A stretch of DNA of 63,689 nt, the filler included. It is 7 parts of 7 records of this genome, joined end to end, with 100 filler letters (N's around TTAATTAATTAA, not from the genome) between each part and the next. Parts side by side here need not be neighbours in the genome. Positions count along the whole stretch, not along the records: positions 46,388 to 57,506 come from SRR31147125_15577; positions 57,607 to 63,689 come from SRR31147125_15643; 5 more parts are not named here. The stretch is one strand, 5' to 3'. Below, piece after piece: positions 51,526 to 61,449 of this stretch (positions within the stretch are counted from its first letter, which is position 1; every line of letters starts with the position of its first letter). The position numbers and the translations under genes were made by a program. A model generated the notes under the pieces. That model saw only the letters and a program-made list of their open reading frames with translations, was not told the DNA's origin and made no database searches.

Positions 51526-51569
51526 ATAAGCGATATAAACGTGAGGGCGGCTTTTGGCCGTAAAAATAT

Positions 51570-52716
51570 ATGAAAATTAATGACATTAAGGTAATAAGAG
51601 CGGGAAAATATTTGTTTGTCAAAGTAGAAACTGATTCTGGAATAACCGGCATCGGTGAAGCAGGCGCATGGAGTTTTTTAGATGCGACAATTGGCGCTAT
51701 AAATAAGTTTAAGAGCTGCATAATTGGGCAAGATCCGTTTAAGATAGAGCATTTATGGCAACTTATGTATAGAAGTACATATTTCAAAGGTGCAGTAATC
51801 ATGAGTGCTATATCTGCAATTGATATTGCGCTATGGGATATAAAAGGCAAAGCGCTTGATGTACCGGTATATGAGCTTCTGGGCGGCAAATGCAGAAACA
51901 AAGTGAGAAGCTATGCGCCTGTATTTGAATTTACAGCTGAAAAGATGGCAGAAGGGTGCTGCAGAGTTAAAGAAAAGGGTTTCACAGCAGCAAGATTGAT
52001 GCTGACAGAGCCAATGAATAACTCACCATTAGATTTAGAAGAAAGCATATATAGTAACCGAGTGGAATCTGCGATCGATAAGGTGCGCAAATGCAGGGAA
52101 GCAGTTGGAGAGAAGTTTGATCTTTGTGTGGAAGTGCATAGAAGCATGACACCGGCAGAGGCAATGGCATTTGCACAAGGTATTGCAAAATATCACCCGA
52201 TGTTTATTGAAGACCCAATACCACCGGACAACTATCGTGTGCTTGCTAATCTTTCTAACAAGATTGCTGTTCCTTTTGCAACTGGAGAGAGGTTTTTCAA
52301 TACGCAGGATTTTGAGTTTTTACTTTCTCAAAACGGAGTCAGTTATGTCCGACCGGATGTGTGTGTTGGGTGGTCTGACAGCAGCAAAAAAAGTTGCAGG
52401 AATTGCAGAAGCACACTATGTTAGCATCGTTCCACATAATCCATTAGGACCGGTCAGTACAGCTGCATGTTTGCAGTTGGATGCGTGTATTTCAAACTTT
52501 GCTATACAGGAGTTTCCGTCTTTTTATGATAAAGATGGAGAAAGCGAAATGATGGTTAAACCGTTTGAAGTATCTGATGGATGCATCATAATTCCAGATG
52601 CTCCAGGCATCGGTATAGAACTTATTTCTGATATCGAGGAAAAATTCCCGCCTGTAAATTCTCGTCAACAGTCTTTTTCAAATACTGCTTTTGATGGGTC
52701 GATTAGGGACGTATAA
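51570..52716 (+). CDS. Mandelate racemase/enolase-superfamily dehydratase (galactonate dehydratase-like), apparent frameshift in the GT repeat at ~52360
   Basis: SAIDIALWDIKGK, EVH, FIEDP, TGER, RPD; the second frame has GGLT, PHNPLGP, IQE, PGIGIE. Confidence 0.85.
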
Positions 52717-52791
52717 ACAAAAACAGCATTCCCTATGTTTATAAAATAATATAGGAATATTATAATAATAAATAGTTAATTAAGGTGAATT

Positions 52792-53682
52792 ATGAATCGA
52801 GAACAAGCAATAAAGCAATGGGATGAAATGGAAAGAGCCTATAATAAAAGGGCCAAGCCATACATAGAGGATTATATGACCAAGTATTTAAAGCCATTTA
52901 AAATATTTGGGAATCTATATTATATTGGGGATAAGGTGATCTGCTTGCATCTGCTAGATACTGGGGACGGTCTGATTCTATTCGATACAGGATTTCCACA
53001 TGTTAAAAATCAATACATGGAAAACATCAAAGATCTTGGGTTTAAGTTAGAAGATATAAAATATATTATCCATACACATGAGCATTTTGATCATTTTGGT
53101 GCTACATATGATTTACAAGCCAAGTATGGATGCAAGACATATATAAATAAATACGCTGCACAGGTATTTAGAGAAACGCCGCATCATACAGAACTTGAAA
53201 ACGCTGGTGTGCCTGATGCTAGATTATTTGAAGTTGATGTTGAGCTTGATGATGGTGATATTATAAAATTGGGAAATACCGCAATTCGTTGTATTCATAA
53301 TCCTGGACATTCTGCTGGATCTATGAGTTATATTTTTGATGTAAGTGATGGAGAATCAACCTTAACTGCAGGCATCTGCGCTATCGGCGGATTTGTAACG
53401 CTGCATACAGGCAGACTGTTAAAATACGATATCGACCTTGATGCCAGACAGCAATATGTGCAGTCAATTGAAAAATTACATCAGGAGAATGTTGATATTA
53501 TGCTGGATACTCATCCTAGACCAAATGGTGTGATTAGGCAAGTGGAAGGTATGGATAAAGAATCTTTAAGCAAACTCTTTATTGATAAAAACAGATGGCA
53601 GCAAGCCTTGGATGAATACTTGGAAAGATACGAAGAATTTAAAAAAAGAGAAGCAAAAGGAATTTCAGAGAAGTTTAAATAG
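52792..53682 (+). CDS. Metallo-beta-lactamase-fold hydrolase, subclass-B3-like, cytoplasmic
   Basis: PFKIFGNLYYIG, THEHFDH, PGHSAG, THP; no signal peptide. Confidence 0.85.
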   Translation: MNREQAIKQWDEMERAYNKRAKPYIEDYMTKYLKPFKIFGNLYYIGDKVICLHLLDTGDGLILFDTGFPHVKNQYMENIKDLGFKLEDIKYIIHTHEHFDHFGATYDLQAKYGCKTYINKYAAQVFRETPHHTELENAGVPDARLFEVDVELDDGDIIKLGNTAIRCIHNPGHSAGSMSYIFDVSDGESTLTAGICAIGGFVTLHTGRLLKYDIDLDARQQYVQSIEKLHQENVDIMLDTHPRPNGVIRQVEGMDKESLSKLFIDKNRWQQALDEYLERYEEFKKREAKGISEKFK

Positions 53683-53688
53683 TAAAAT

Positions 53689-53720
53689 AGGGTAAAACTG
53701 ATTAGTCGGCTTTACCCTTT
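53689..53720. terminator. Terminator-like hairpin between convergent genes
   Basis: AGGGTAAAACTGA/TCGGCTTTACCCT. Confidence 0.55.
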
Positions 53721-53731
53721 GCTTTACATTC

Positions 53732-54309
53732 TTATTTTGTAAATGTGTCTGTGACAATAGTAATATAATCAGTCATTCTTTTCTCTAAGTCGTAACTGCC
53801 GTCATACAAACACCAATCATTAACAACACCTCTTGCCACAATAAAAAGAAAGTTCTCAATTTCTTCTGGTTTCATCGAAGTTTTGATCTTTTCATCAGTT
53901 TGACCTTCCTGCAAAATGTCTCTAAGCAATTGATGCATGTATCTATTTCTTGCCACAAAGAGCTTTTGTTCGCTGTTGCTATATAAGTTTTTAACAAAAG
54001 CAAACCCTTGTTGATTGTTATACTTTGCATAGTGAGAAAAAAAGCAATTATTTTGTCCTTAGCTTCTAGGGATTTTATTTCATTTACCACAATATCTTCA
54101 AAAAAGTGATCTGCAGATTCGAATGCAACTACAATAACATCGTCTTTTGATTTGAAATAGTTATAAAACGAGCCGATTGATACTTGCGCGCGATTGCATA
54201 TCTGCTCAATAGTTGTATCTTCTATGCCTTGCTTTTGCATCAGATACACTGCAGCGTTAAAGATTTTCTTTTTTGTAAGCTCTGCTTGTTTCTGTCTGTT
54301 TGTTTTCAT
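53732..54309 (-). CDS. TetR family regulator, apparent frameshift in the A7 tract at ~54040
   Basis: TTIEQIC..AQVSIGSFYNYFKSK HTH; the 53732..53956 frame supplies the C-terminus. Confidence 0.85.
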
Positions 54310-54370
54310 AATTATTAGATAATCCTTTAATTGTTTTCTATAGTATTATTGCAAATTAATTACATTTTGT

Positions 54371-54487
54371 CAATGAATTAATTCATTGAACTTTATTCGG
54401 TGAATTGATTCAAAATTAATCTTGACGTCGAATATAGATTGCGCTATACTGAATATATTCGATGAATGAATTCGGTGAAAACATTCA
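54371..54487 (+). promoter_or_regulatory. SigA promoter flanked by six TGAA-N4/5-TTCR operator boxes
   Basis: TTGACG(54422)-N17-TATACT(54445); boxes at 54374, 54387, 54401, 54450, 54463, 54476. Confidence 0.7.
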
Positions 54488-54531
54488 GTTATGTGATTTA
54501 TACTTTTTTAAGTTTAAAAGGAGGATGTGTA

Positions 54532-56001
54532 ATGAAAGAGACCAAAAAGTCCTTAATCGCCATAGTTGGTGAAAAGAACGTTAGTGATGAAGCTTCTGTC
54601 TTAGAGCAGTATTCTAAAGATCAAAGTTTTTCACCATCGCTTTTGCCAAACTTTGTGGTTAAAGTGCAAAATGCACAACAGGTTGAGGAATTAGTTAAAT
54701 GGGCAAATGAATCAAAAACCCCATTGATTCCAATAAGTTCAACAGCACCGCATCATAAGGGTGATACTGTACCGTCTGTTCCGCAGTCTGTAATTGTTGA
54801 CTTGTCTGGTATGAAAAAAATCTTGGGTATTAATAAGAAATACAGAATGGCAGTTATTGAGCCGGGCGTGACATATGATGAGTTAAATGAAGCGCTTGCC
54901 AAAGAAGGCATGGCGGTTTCTATGCCTTTGGCACCAAGAACAGGCAAATCGGTTGTTGCTAGTGTTTTGGAAACAGAGCCGAGGCTTAATTCACTGCATC
55001 AATGGTGTAATCTTGATCCACTGCGTTGTGTTGAAGTGACATGGGGTGATGGTAACAGAATGTATACGGGTGAAGCCGGTGGCGCTGTTATGGATTTAGA
55101 AAAGCAGTGGGCAGAAGAAAAATGGCAATGGGAACCAGCAGGACCGATGATGCTTGATTTTTATAGAATTCTAACAGGCGCACAAGGCAGCATGGGTATT
55201 GTCACATGGGCATCAATTCGTTGTGAAATGCTACCTCAGGCACATAAAGGATATTTTGTGCCTGCAAAAAGCTTGGAAGATTTAATCGACTTTTCATATA
55301 ATGTTTTAAAATTGCGCTTTAGCGAAGAGTTTTACATCATGAATGGTGTGCAGCTTGCTAGAATGATGGCTGAAACATCGGCGCATAAAGAAAAATTAGT
55401 TAAAGAGCTGCCTGCATGGGTGGCTGTTGTGGGTATTGCCGGAAGAGAGTTTTTGCCGGAGATGAGAGTATCAGCTCAGGAAAATGACATTAAAGAAATA
55501 GCACAAAGTCATGGGTTAGATATGGTGCCTGCAATCGGTGAAACTTCTGCTGAAATGGTGATTGAAAAATCATTATCAACATGTGGCGAAAAAAGTTGGA
55601 AAGATGCTTCTCTAGGTGCGCATCAAGATATATTCTTTGCAACGACTTTAGATAAAACGCCTGGATTTGTCCATGCAATGGAAAAGTTAGCTGGAGAGGC
55701 AGCTTATACAGATGCATTTGGTGTATATTTGCAGCCTGAAAACATGGGCACTTCATACCATTGCTCACTGACTTTGCCTTATGATTCAAATGATAAATCA
55801 TCATCAGCGAAAGTTGAAAATCTTTTTGAAAAGGCGAGCTTAGATTTATTGAACATGGGAGCATATTATTTCCGTCCATATGGCATTTGGTCAAAAATGC
55901 AGCTGAATAGAGATGCTGAATCTTATAAAGTACTTCAAGAATTAAAGACGATTTTTGATCCAAACGAAATAATGAATCCAGGGAAACTAACTAATTATTA
56001 A
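54532..56001 (+). CDS. FAD-binding oxidoreductase (VAO/GlcD superfamily)
   Basis: IVDLSGMKKI, EPGVTY, GAQGSMGIVT, FDPNEIMNPGK; start placed at the ATG after AGGAGG. Confidence 0.88.
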   Translation: MKETKKSLIAIVGEKNVSDEASVLEQYSKDQSFSPSLLPNFVVKVQNAQQVEELVKWANESKTPLIPISSTAPHHKGDTVPSVPQSVIVDLSGMKKILGINKKYRMAVIEPGVTYDELNEALAKEGMAVSMPLAPRTGKSVVASVLETEPRLNSLHQWCNLDPLRCVEVTWGDGNRMYTGEAGGAVMDLEKQWAEEKWQWEPAGPMMLDFYRILTGAQGSMGIVTWASIRCEMLPQAHKGYFVPAKSLEDLIDFSYNVLKLRFSEEFYIMNGVQLARMMAETSAHKEKLVKELPAWVAVVGIAGREFLPEMRVSAQENDIKEIAQSHGLDMVPAIGETSAEMVIEKSLSTCGEKSWKDASLGAHQDIFFATTLDKTPGFVHAMEKLAGEAAYTDAFGVYLQPENMGTSYHCSLTLPYDSNDKSSSAKVENLFEKASLDLLNMGAYYFRPYGIWSKMQLNRDAESYKVLQELKTIFDPNEIMNPGKLTNY

Positions 56002-56012
56002 CAAGGAGGATA

Positions 56013-57293
56013 ATGGTTATGTCACTAAAAGATTTTCGTCCTATGATGGAAAGATGCAGCAACTGTTCTGCATGTAAATGGATACCATATGACAAAATTA
56101 AAAGCCAACGCTTTGCAGATAATTGCCCAAGTGTTTGCTATAATAACTTTAATACATATTCTGCAAGAGGCAGATTTCAGCTTGCTCAGACATTAATGGA
56201 TGAGTTTGCGGATTATACAGATGATGTTTCAAACGTGATACATAGCTGCACAAGCTGCGGCGCATGTGATACAGCTTGTAAGATAACAAGATACAATTTA
56301 GAACCGTTGGAACACAATATTGCACTTAAAACCGATGCAATTGAAAAAGGTAAGGTTTTAGCTAAGCAAAAAGAGATAATCGACAGCTTGATGAGCGAAA
56401 AAACAATGATGCCTGGTAAACAAAAGAAAGATCGTGCAAACTGGGCAAAAGGTTTGAATGTTAAAGATGCGATGAAAGACAAAGCAGAAGTATTGTTTTT
56501 TCCGGGTTGTAAATACAGCTATGATGATAAGCTTTCAGCAAAAGCAAGAGACATGGTTGAATTGTTGAAAAAAATTGGTGCAGATGTAGCGATTATGGGC
56601 AAAGCAGAAATGTGTTGTGCCGGAAGAGCGCATCAAATGGGGTATCAAAAAGAGTTTGAGAAAAAAGCCGGTATGAATATTGAAGCTTTTAAAAAGTCTG
56701 GTGTAAAGGTAATCGTGACACCATGTAGTGATTGCTACCATGCCTTTAAAAGACAGTATGCAAAATTGGGTATGGATATTGAAGTGTTGCACATTGTTGA
56801 GTATCTTGATAGGGCAATTGCAGACGGTAAGATTGGCTTTACTAAAACTTTAGATATGACAATTACGTATCATGATCCTTGTCACTTGGGTAGACTGGGT
56901 GAAGCGTATGTGCCTTGGGAAGGGAAAGAGAAGAAGATTCGCAAGCAAATACATACATGGGATCCACCGCGTCCAAGATATAACGGAATATATGGCGTGT
57001 ATGATGCACCGCGTAATATCTTAAAAGCAATCCCAGGTGTAAAACTGGTTGAGATGGAACGTATACGTGAGTATTCATGGTGTTGCGGCGCCGGAAGCGG
57101 ATGCAGTGAAACATTACCGGAGTTTTCTGAATGGACAGCGGCAGAGAGAATAACCGAAGCGAATTCAACCGGAGCCAGTGCACTTGTTACAGCATGTCCT
57201 TGGTGTGAAAGTAACTTTGAAGGGTCAAAAGATGAAAACGGAAATACAATAGAAGTTCTGGACATAATCGATCTTGTTCAGAAAGCACTTTAA
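56013..57293 (+). CDS. (Fe-S)-binding protein with CCG domains (GlcF/HdrD-like)
   Basis: CSNCSAC, CTSCGACDTAC, CCAG, TYHDPCHLGR, CCGAG, TACPWC. Confidence 0.9.
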   Translation: MVMSLKDFRPMMERCSNCSACKWIPYDKIKSQRFADNCPSVCYNNFNTYSARGRFQLAQTLMDEFADYTDDVSNVIHSCTSCGACDTACKITRYNLEPLEHNIALKTDAIEKGKVLAKQKEIIDSLMSEKTMMPGKQKKDRANWAKGLNVKDAMKDKAEVLFFPGCKYSYDDKLSAKARDMVELLKKIGADVAIMGKAEMCCAGRAHQMGYQKEFEKKAGMNIEAFKKSGVKVIVTPCSDCYHAFKRQYAKLGMDIEVLHIVEYLDRAIADGKIGFTKTLDMTITYHDPCHLGRLGEAYVPWEGKEKKIRKQIHTWDPPRPRYNGIYGVYDAPRNILKAIPGVKLVEMERIREYSWCCGAGSGCSETLPEFSEWTAAERITEANSTGASALVTACPWCESNFEGSKDENGNTIEVLDIIDLVQKAL

Positions 57294-57308
57294 GGAAGGG
57301 GTGATTAT

Positions 57309-57506
57309 ATGGCATTAGCAACAGAAGTCTATAAAGCATTTGAAGATGTAGTTGGAAAAAGAAATATATCACAGGACACAGGCGTGCTTGAAACTTATAG
57401 ATGTATTGCTCCGCAATCATCTGCACACTATGGTCCTTATGACCATAAGACGCCTTTGCCGCAGGCAGTTATACTACCTGGCAGCACAGAGGAAGTACAA
57501 CGTGTT
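57309..57506 (+). CDS. Second FAD-binding oxidoreductase, 3'-truncated
   Basis: DVVGKRNIS...PQAVILPGSTEEVQ. Confidence 0.8.
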
Positions 57507-57606
57507 NNNNNNNNNNNNNNNNNNNNNNNNNNNNNNNNNNNNNNNNNNNNTTAATTAATTAANNNNNNNNNNNNNNNNNNNNNNNNNNNNNNNNNNNNNN
57601 NNNNNN
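57507..57606. other. Artificial contig linker
   Basis: N44-TTAATTAATTAA-N44. Confidence 0.99.
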
Positions 57607-58021
57607 TTTTCTACCTGAAGCTAAACAGAAGGGATTAAATTTTAGTTTGAAAAGAACTGAGATGAATCATGGAAATATTGTCAACATCGATAAAGTAAAG
57701 TTAAATTCTATTTTGACTAATCTTATGAAGAATGCTTTGAAATTTACAGAGCGCGGTAGTATTGAATTTGGTTGCGACAAAAAAGATAATACCTTGATGT
57801 TTTTTGTGAAAGATACTGGAAACGGAATTAGTAAGGAGCAATTTGAAACAATATTTGATCGGTTTGTTCAAGCAGATATAACTAGGACCAGGGGGCACGA
57901 AGGCTCTGGGCTTGGTTTATCTATATGCAAAGCCTATGTGAATATGATGGGGGGTAATATTTGGTTAGAGTCTAAAGAAAACGAAGGGTCAACGTTCTTT
58001 TTTACAGTGCCGATTTGTTAA
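57607..58021 (+). CDS. Histidine kinase HATPase domain, 5'-truncated
   Basis: NLMKNALKFT, DTGNG, IFDRF, GSGLGL, GSTFFF. Confidence 0.9.
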
Positions 58022-58076
58022 GCTGGGTTTAGTATGATTGTAAGGTTCTTAAGTGTTTATTCTGATAGTTCTATTA

Positions 58077-59051
58077 ATGCTTCACGATAAGAAAATACAT
58101 CCAAAGATTAAGGGAGGTTTGCATATTCGGAATAAGCATAGAAGTCGCTATGACTTTAAAGAACTTGTTGCTAGTCTTCCTGAATTGGAACAATATATTA
58201 TAGTCAATAAATACAAGGGTGTATCGATTGATTTCTTTAACTCAAAGGCAGTGAAAAAGTTGAATAAAGCACTGTTGAAGCATTATTATCAGATTGAAGA
58301 ATGGGATATACCTGAGAATTATTTATGCCCGCCTATACCTGGAAGAGCAGATTATATACATCACATTGCTGATTTGCTGTATCGTGATAATCCTGAATTT
58401 TTGAAGAAAGAGAGTTCCAGTAGCAAGCAAATTAGATGTTTAGATATTGGAGTAGGTGCTAATTGTGTATATCCCATAATTGGACACCATGAATATGGTT
58501 GGCTATTCGTTGGTTCAGATATTGATTCAATTTCTATTCAATCTGCAACAAGAATAATTGAACAGAATTCCTATTTAAAGGGAAAAATTGAGCTTCGTCT
58601 TCAAAAGAATAGAAAAAATATTTTTAATGGTATTATCAAGAATAATGAATATTTTGATTTGACCATTTGTAATCCTCCATTTCATGCTTCTTTATCCGAA
58701 GCCCAATCAGGAACTCTTCGTAAATTGAAAAATCTACAAGGGAAAAAAGTTACTACTCCAACTTTAAATTTTGGAGGTCAAAATAATGAATTGTGGTGTG
58801 AGGGTGGTGAACTGCGATTTGTGGAGAAAATGATTCTTCAGAGTAAGAAATACCGTGCATCTTGTCTTTGGTTTTCTACTTTAATCTCAAAACATGCTAA
58901 CTTAAGAAAGGTATATAAAACATTGAAAAATGTAGGAGCTGTTGAGGTTATAACCATTCAAATGGAGCAGGGTAATAAAATAAGCCATATTGTTGCCTGG
59001 ACGTTTCTTAGTCGTAAGCAGATTCAGAATTGGATGAATTCAAAACAATAA
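58077..59051 (+). CDS. rlmF: 23S rRNA m6A1618 methyltransferase
   Basis: RNKHR, LCPPIPGRADYIH, LDIGVGANCVYP, CNPPF, NFGGQ..ELWCEGGE. Confidence 0.93.
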   Translation: MLHDKKIHPKIKGGLHIRNKHRSRYDFKELVASLPELEQYIIVNKYKGVSIDFFNSKAVKKLNKALLKHYYQIEEWDIPENYLCPPIPGRADYIHHIADLLYRDNPEFLKKESSSSKQIRCLDIGVGANCVYPIIGHHEYGWLFVGSDIDSISIQSATRIIEQNSYLKGKIELRLQKNRKNIFNGIIKNNEYFDLTICNPPFHASLSEAQSGTLRKLKNLQGKKVTTPTLNFGGQNNELWCEGGELRFVEKMILQSKKYRASCLWFSTLISKHANLRKVYKTLKNVGAVEVITIQMEQGNKISHIVAWTFLSRKQIQNWMNSKQ

Positions 59052-59081
59052 AATATATGACCAATTCAGATATAGAACTGA

Positions 59082-60218
59082 TCAATTATTTGTATTCAAA
59101 GGTAAATCAATAAAAAAAGTAGTTCCTTCTGTAGGATTACTTACAAAGTCAACTTTTCCATTTAAGAATTTCTCCCCGAGTAATTTCATGCTGTAGGTAC
59201 CAAGTCCTCTACTTATGCCTTTTGTAGAAAAGGAGCGTTTGAAAATTTGAAGTTGGGTTGCTTTAGGTATATGAGTTTGATTATGTACACTTAAACGAAG
59301 ATTGCCATTTAGTTGATTTGCAGAAATGGTTATGCTTTCTTCGTTTGATATAGCTTCAAGGGCATTTTTAGCCATATTTATCAATATTCGAGTAAGCAAA
59401 ACACTATCAGTTCGAATTGTTTTTGCAGTTGCCTCGTTTTCAATGTTAATAAACTTATTTGATGAAACCTGATGAAACCTGATTTTAGATTGAATAGTAT
59501 TGAGTAAAGGATCAATTTGAGTGTCTATGAATTCAACAGTAAGGTCACCTTTTTCAGCCTGAATCATTTGGCGCTGAGCTTTTATCTCATCAATAATCTG
59601 ATCGTTTAGCGATGTCATAATAGGAAGATATTCTTCCTTTTCTTCATCATTAAACATTGGAAAAAGTTCCAAAATGCCACTTAAGCTACCTGCAATATTT
59701 AAAATGTCGTGGAAAAAGATTCGCTCAAGCAACTGTTTGTGTTTTTTTTCTGAAATATCAACAATCGAAATGATCTGATAATGCTCATCAAAGTGCATTG
59801 GAGTTGCTGTAATTTCGATATCTAGCTGATGCTTTTTATTATTGGTAACTGTTATTATTTTACATTCTCTTGAGATTTTCTTTTTCTCTTTCCATGCAAT
59901 TTCTATGGCGTTAAAAGCACCACAGTATTCACATCGTTCTGTTGTACCACAACCTCCCGTATCGTTGTCAGCATTTTCACAATCTAGGAATTCTCCAGGC
60001 CTTTTCCCTAAGATGTTCTTTTCAAGATCAATTCCAAAGTCGTCAAGCATAATGTCATTGGTGAAAACAACCTGATTTTTTTCATTAATAATGCAGATAA
60101 TCGAAGAAAGTGCGGATAGGATTTCACTAATATATTCAATAGACTCAAGACTAGCTTTGCTTTTTAAGATCACTTCAAGTGGTTCTCGTTTATTCAGTCT
60201 TTCCTTCTGATCCATAGG
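59082..60218 (-). CDS. Cytoplasmic PAS-like sensor histidine kinase with Cys-rich motif
   Basis: RPGEFLDC.NA...GGCGTTERCEYC, FFHDILN, NMAKNALEA, FSTKG.SRGLG; start uncertain. Confidence 0.85.
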   Translation of the reverse strand, partial: PMDQKERLNKREPLEVILKSKASLESIEYISEILSALSSIICIINEKNQVVFTNDIMLDDFGIDLEKNILGKRPGEFLDCENADNDTGGCGTTERCEYCGAFNAIEIAWKEKKKISRECKIITVTNNKKHQLDIEITATPMHFDEHYQIISIVDISEKKHKQLLERIFFHDILNIAGSLSGILELFPMFNDEEKEEYLPIMTSLNDQIIDEIKAQRQMIQAEKGDLTVEFIDTQIDPLLNTIQSKIRFHQVSSNKFINIENEATAKTIRTDSVLLTRILINMAKNALEAISNEESITISANQLNGNLRLSVHNQTHIPKATQLQIFKRSFSTKGISRGLGTYSMKLLGEKFLNGKVDFVSNPTEGTTFFIDLPLNTNN

Positions 60219-60270
60219 CATGATATTGAATAATTGCAAGATGCAAAAATATTATAACTCTCACATGGTT

Positions 60271-60570
60271 TTATACTACATTTTGAATAATTTCTTTTAA
60301 ATCAGATGCATTATAAAAACCAACTCCTGTCCATTTTGGGGTGCCAGATTTAAATAAAATTAGTGTAGGAATGCTTTTAACATTGTATTCATTCGCAATG
60401 AAAGGATTTTTATCAACATTAACTTTCACAAGCCTGATGTTGTCTTTGTGTGTGGTTTTAACCTCTTTTAAAACTGATTGAAGCATTTGGCATGGCTGGC
60501 ACCAATCAGCATAAAAATCAACTAATACAAGTCCTTTAGATTTAACAATATTTTTAAAGCGATGACTCAT
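60271..60570 (-). CDS. Thioredoxin
   Basis: DFYADWCQPC, SIPT. Confidence 0.92.
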   Translation of the reverse strand: MSHRFKNIVKSKGLVLVDFYADWCQPCQMLQSVLKEVKTTHKDNIRLVKVNVDKNPFIANEYNVKSIPTLILFKSGTPKWTGVGFYNASDLKEIIQNVV

Positions 60571-60571
60571 C

Positions 60572-60778
60572 CTACTTTTTCTTTTTGAATAGACCAGTTA
60601 GTATATCACCAATAAGATATCCGGCTAATGCTCCCCAAAGTGTGGAATAATACCAAACTGACTTAATAGCACATGTTCCAGATTCGCAACCAATAAATTT
60701 CCAGTAAAGGAAACCGCCAATTGCACCTACTATTGCACCAATTATTTGAATTTGGTTTTTTTGAAGAAGTCTACTCAT
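60572..60778 (-). CDS. DUF6132-like small membrane protein
   Basis: GGFLYW..IGCESGTCAI, two TMs. Confidence 0.7.
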   Translation of the reverse strand: MSRLLQKNQIQIIGAIVGAIGGFLYWKFIGCESGTCAIKSVWYYSTLWGALAGYLIGDILTGLFKKKK

Positions 60779-61021
60779 CCTGTTTTTATTAAGTTTTAAC
60801 ATGATTTGAATAAAATGGTTTGAATTATTTAGATAGATTTAGAAAATGACCGATAAAGATTACTGATGTCTTGGATGTGAATAGATTGATGTTGTAATCT
60901 TAAGTTTAGTTTTAGATGTTGGATAGCAGTATTATATGTTTGTATTTCAGTGTTTAGTGTGTGGTTTGTCATTCCGAATTTCTTTTTGTTTTCTTATTTT
61001 AATGCAATAAAAAATGATATT

Positions 61022-61447
61022 ATGAAAATCCTTTTTCTAAGCAAAGGGGGAGGATCGTGTCTAAGCCTTATTGCTAAATCCATCATGCAATCATTTGATT
61101 CTGATCTTGAGGTTTTCGCTGCGGGATTGAGTCAATTAAACTGTACTGTTGATGAGCTAACTCCTGTATTACTTGAGTCAGGGTGTAAAATTGATAAGCC
61201 TAAACAATATTTACCCATAGAAATTAAAGATGTTGAGTTTGATTTTCTGATTACCTTATGCGAAGGAACAAAAGAAGAATTTTACAAATTACCGTTGAAG
61301 TATAAGCGTAAACTGCATCTTGCATTTACCAATTCCGAAATTATTAATATGAATTATGTTGATAAAGGAAATAGCTATAGAGAACTAATTGAAGAAATTC
61401 AAACTGAACTCAGTTATTTCTATTATCACATTTTAAAGAAACAGTAA
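61022..61447 (+). CDS. LMW-PTP/ArsC-fold protein with degenerate active site
   Basis: MKILFL...S..A, V.AAG, FDFLITLC; the P-loop is SKGGGSCLS instead of CX5R. Confidence 0.65.
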   Translation: MKILFLSKGGGSCLSLIAKSIMQSFDSDLEVFAAGLSQLNCTVDELTPVLLESGCKIDKPKQYLPIEIKDVEFDFLITLCEGTKEEFYKLPLKYKRKLHLAFTNSEIINMNYVDKGNSYRELIEEIQTELSYFYYHILKKQ

Positions 61448-61449
61448 AT

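Noticed and set aside
52792-53682. Bona fide carbapenemase
   Set aside because: No signal peptide and a catabolic operon context; activity unproven
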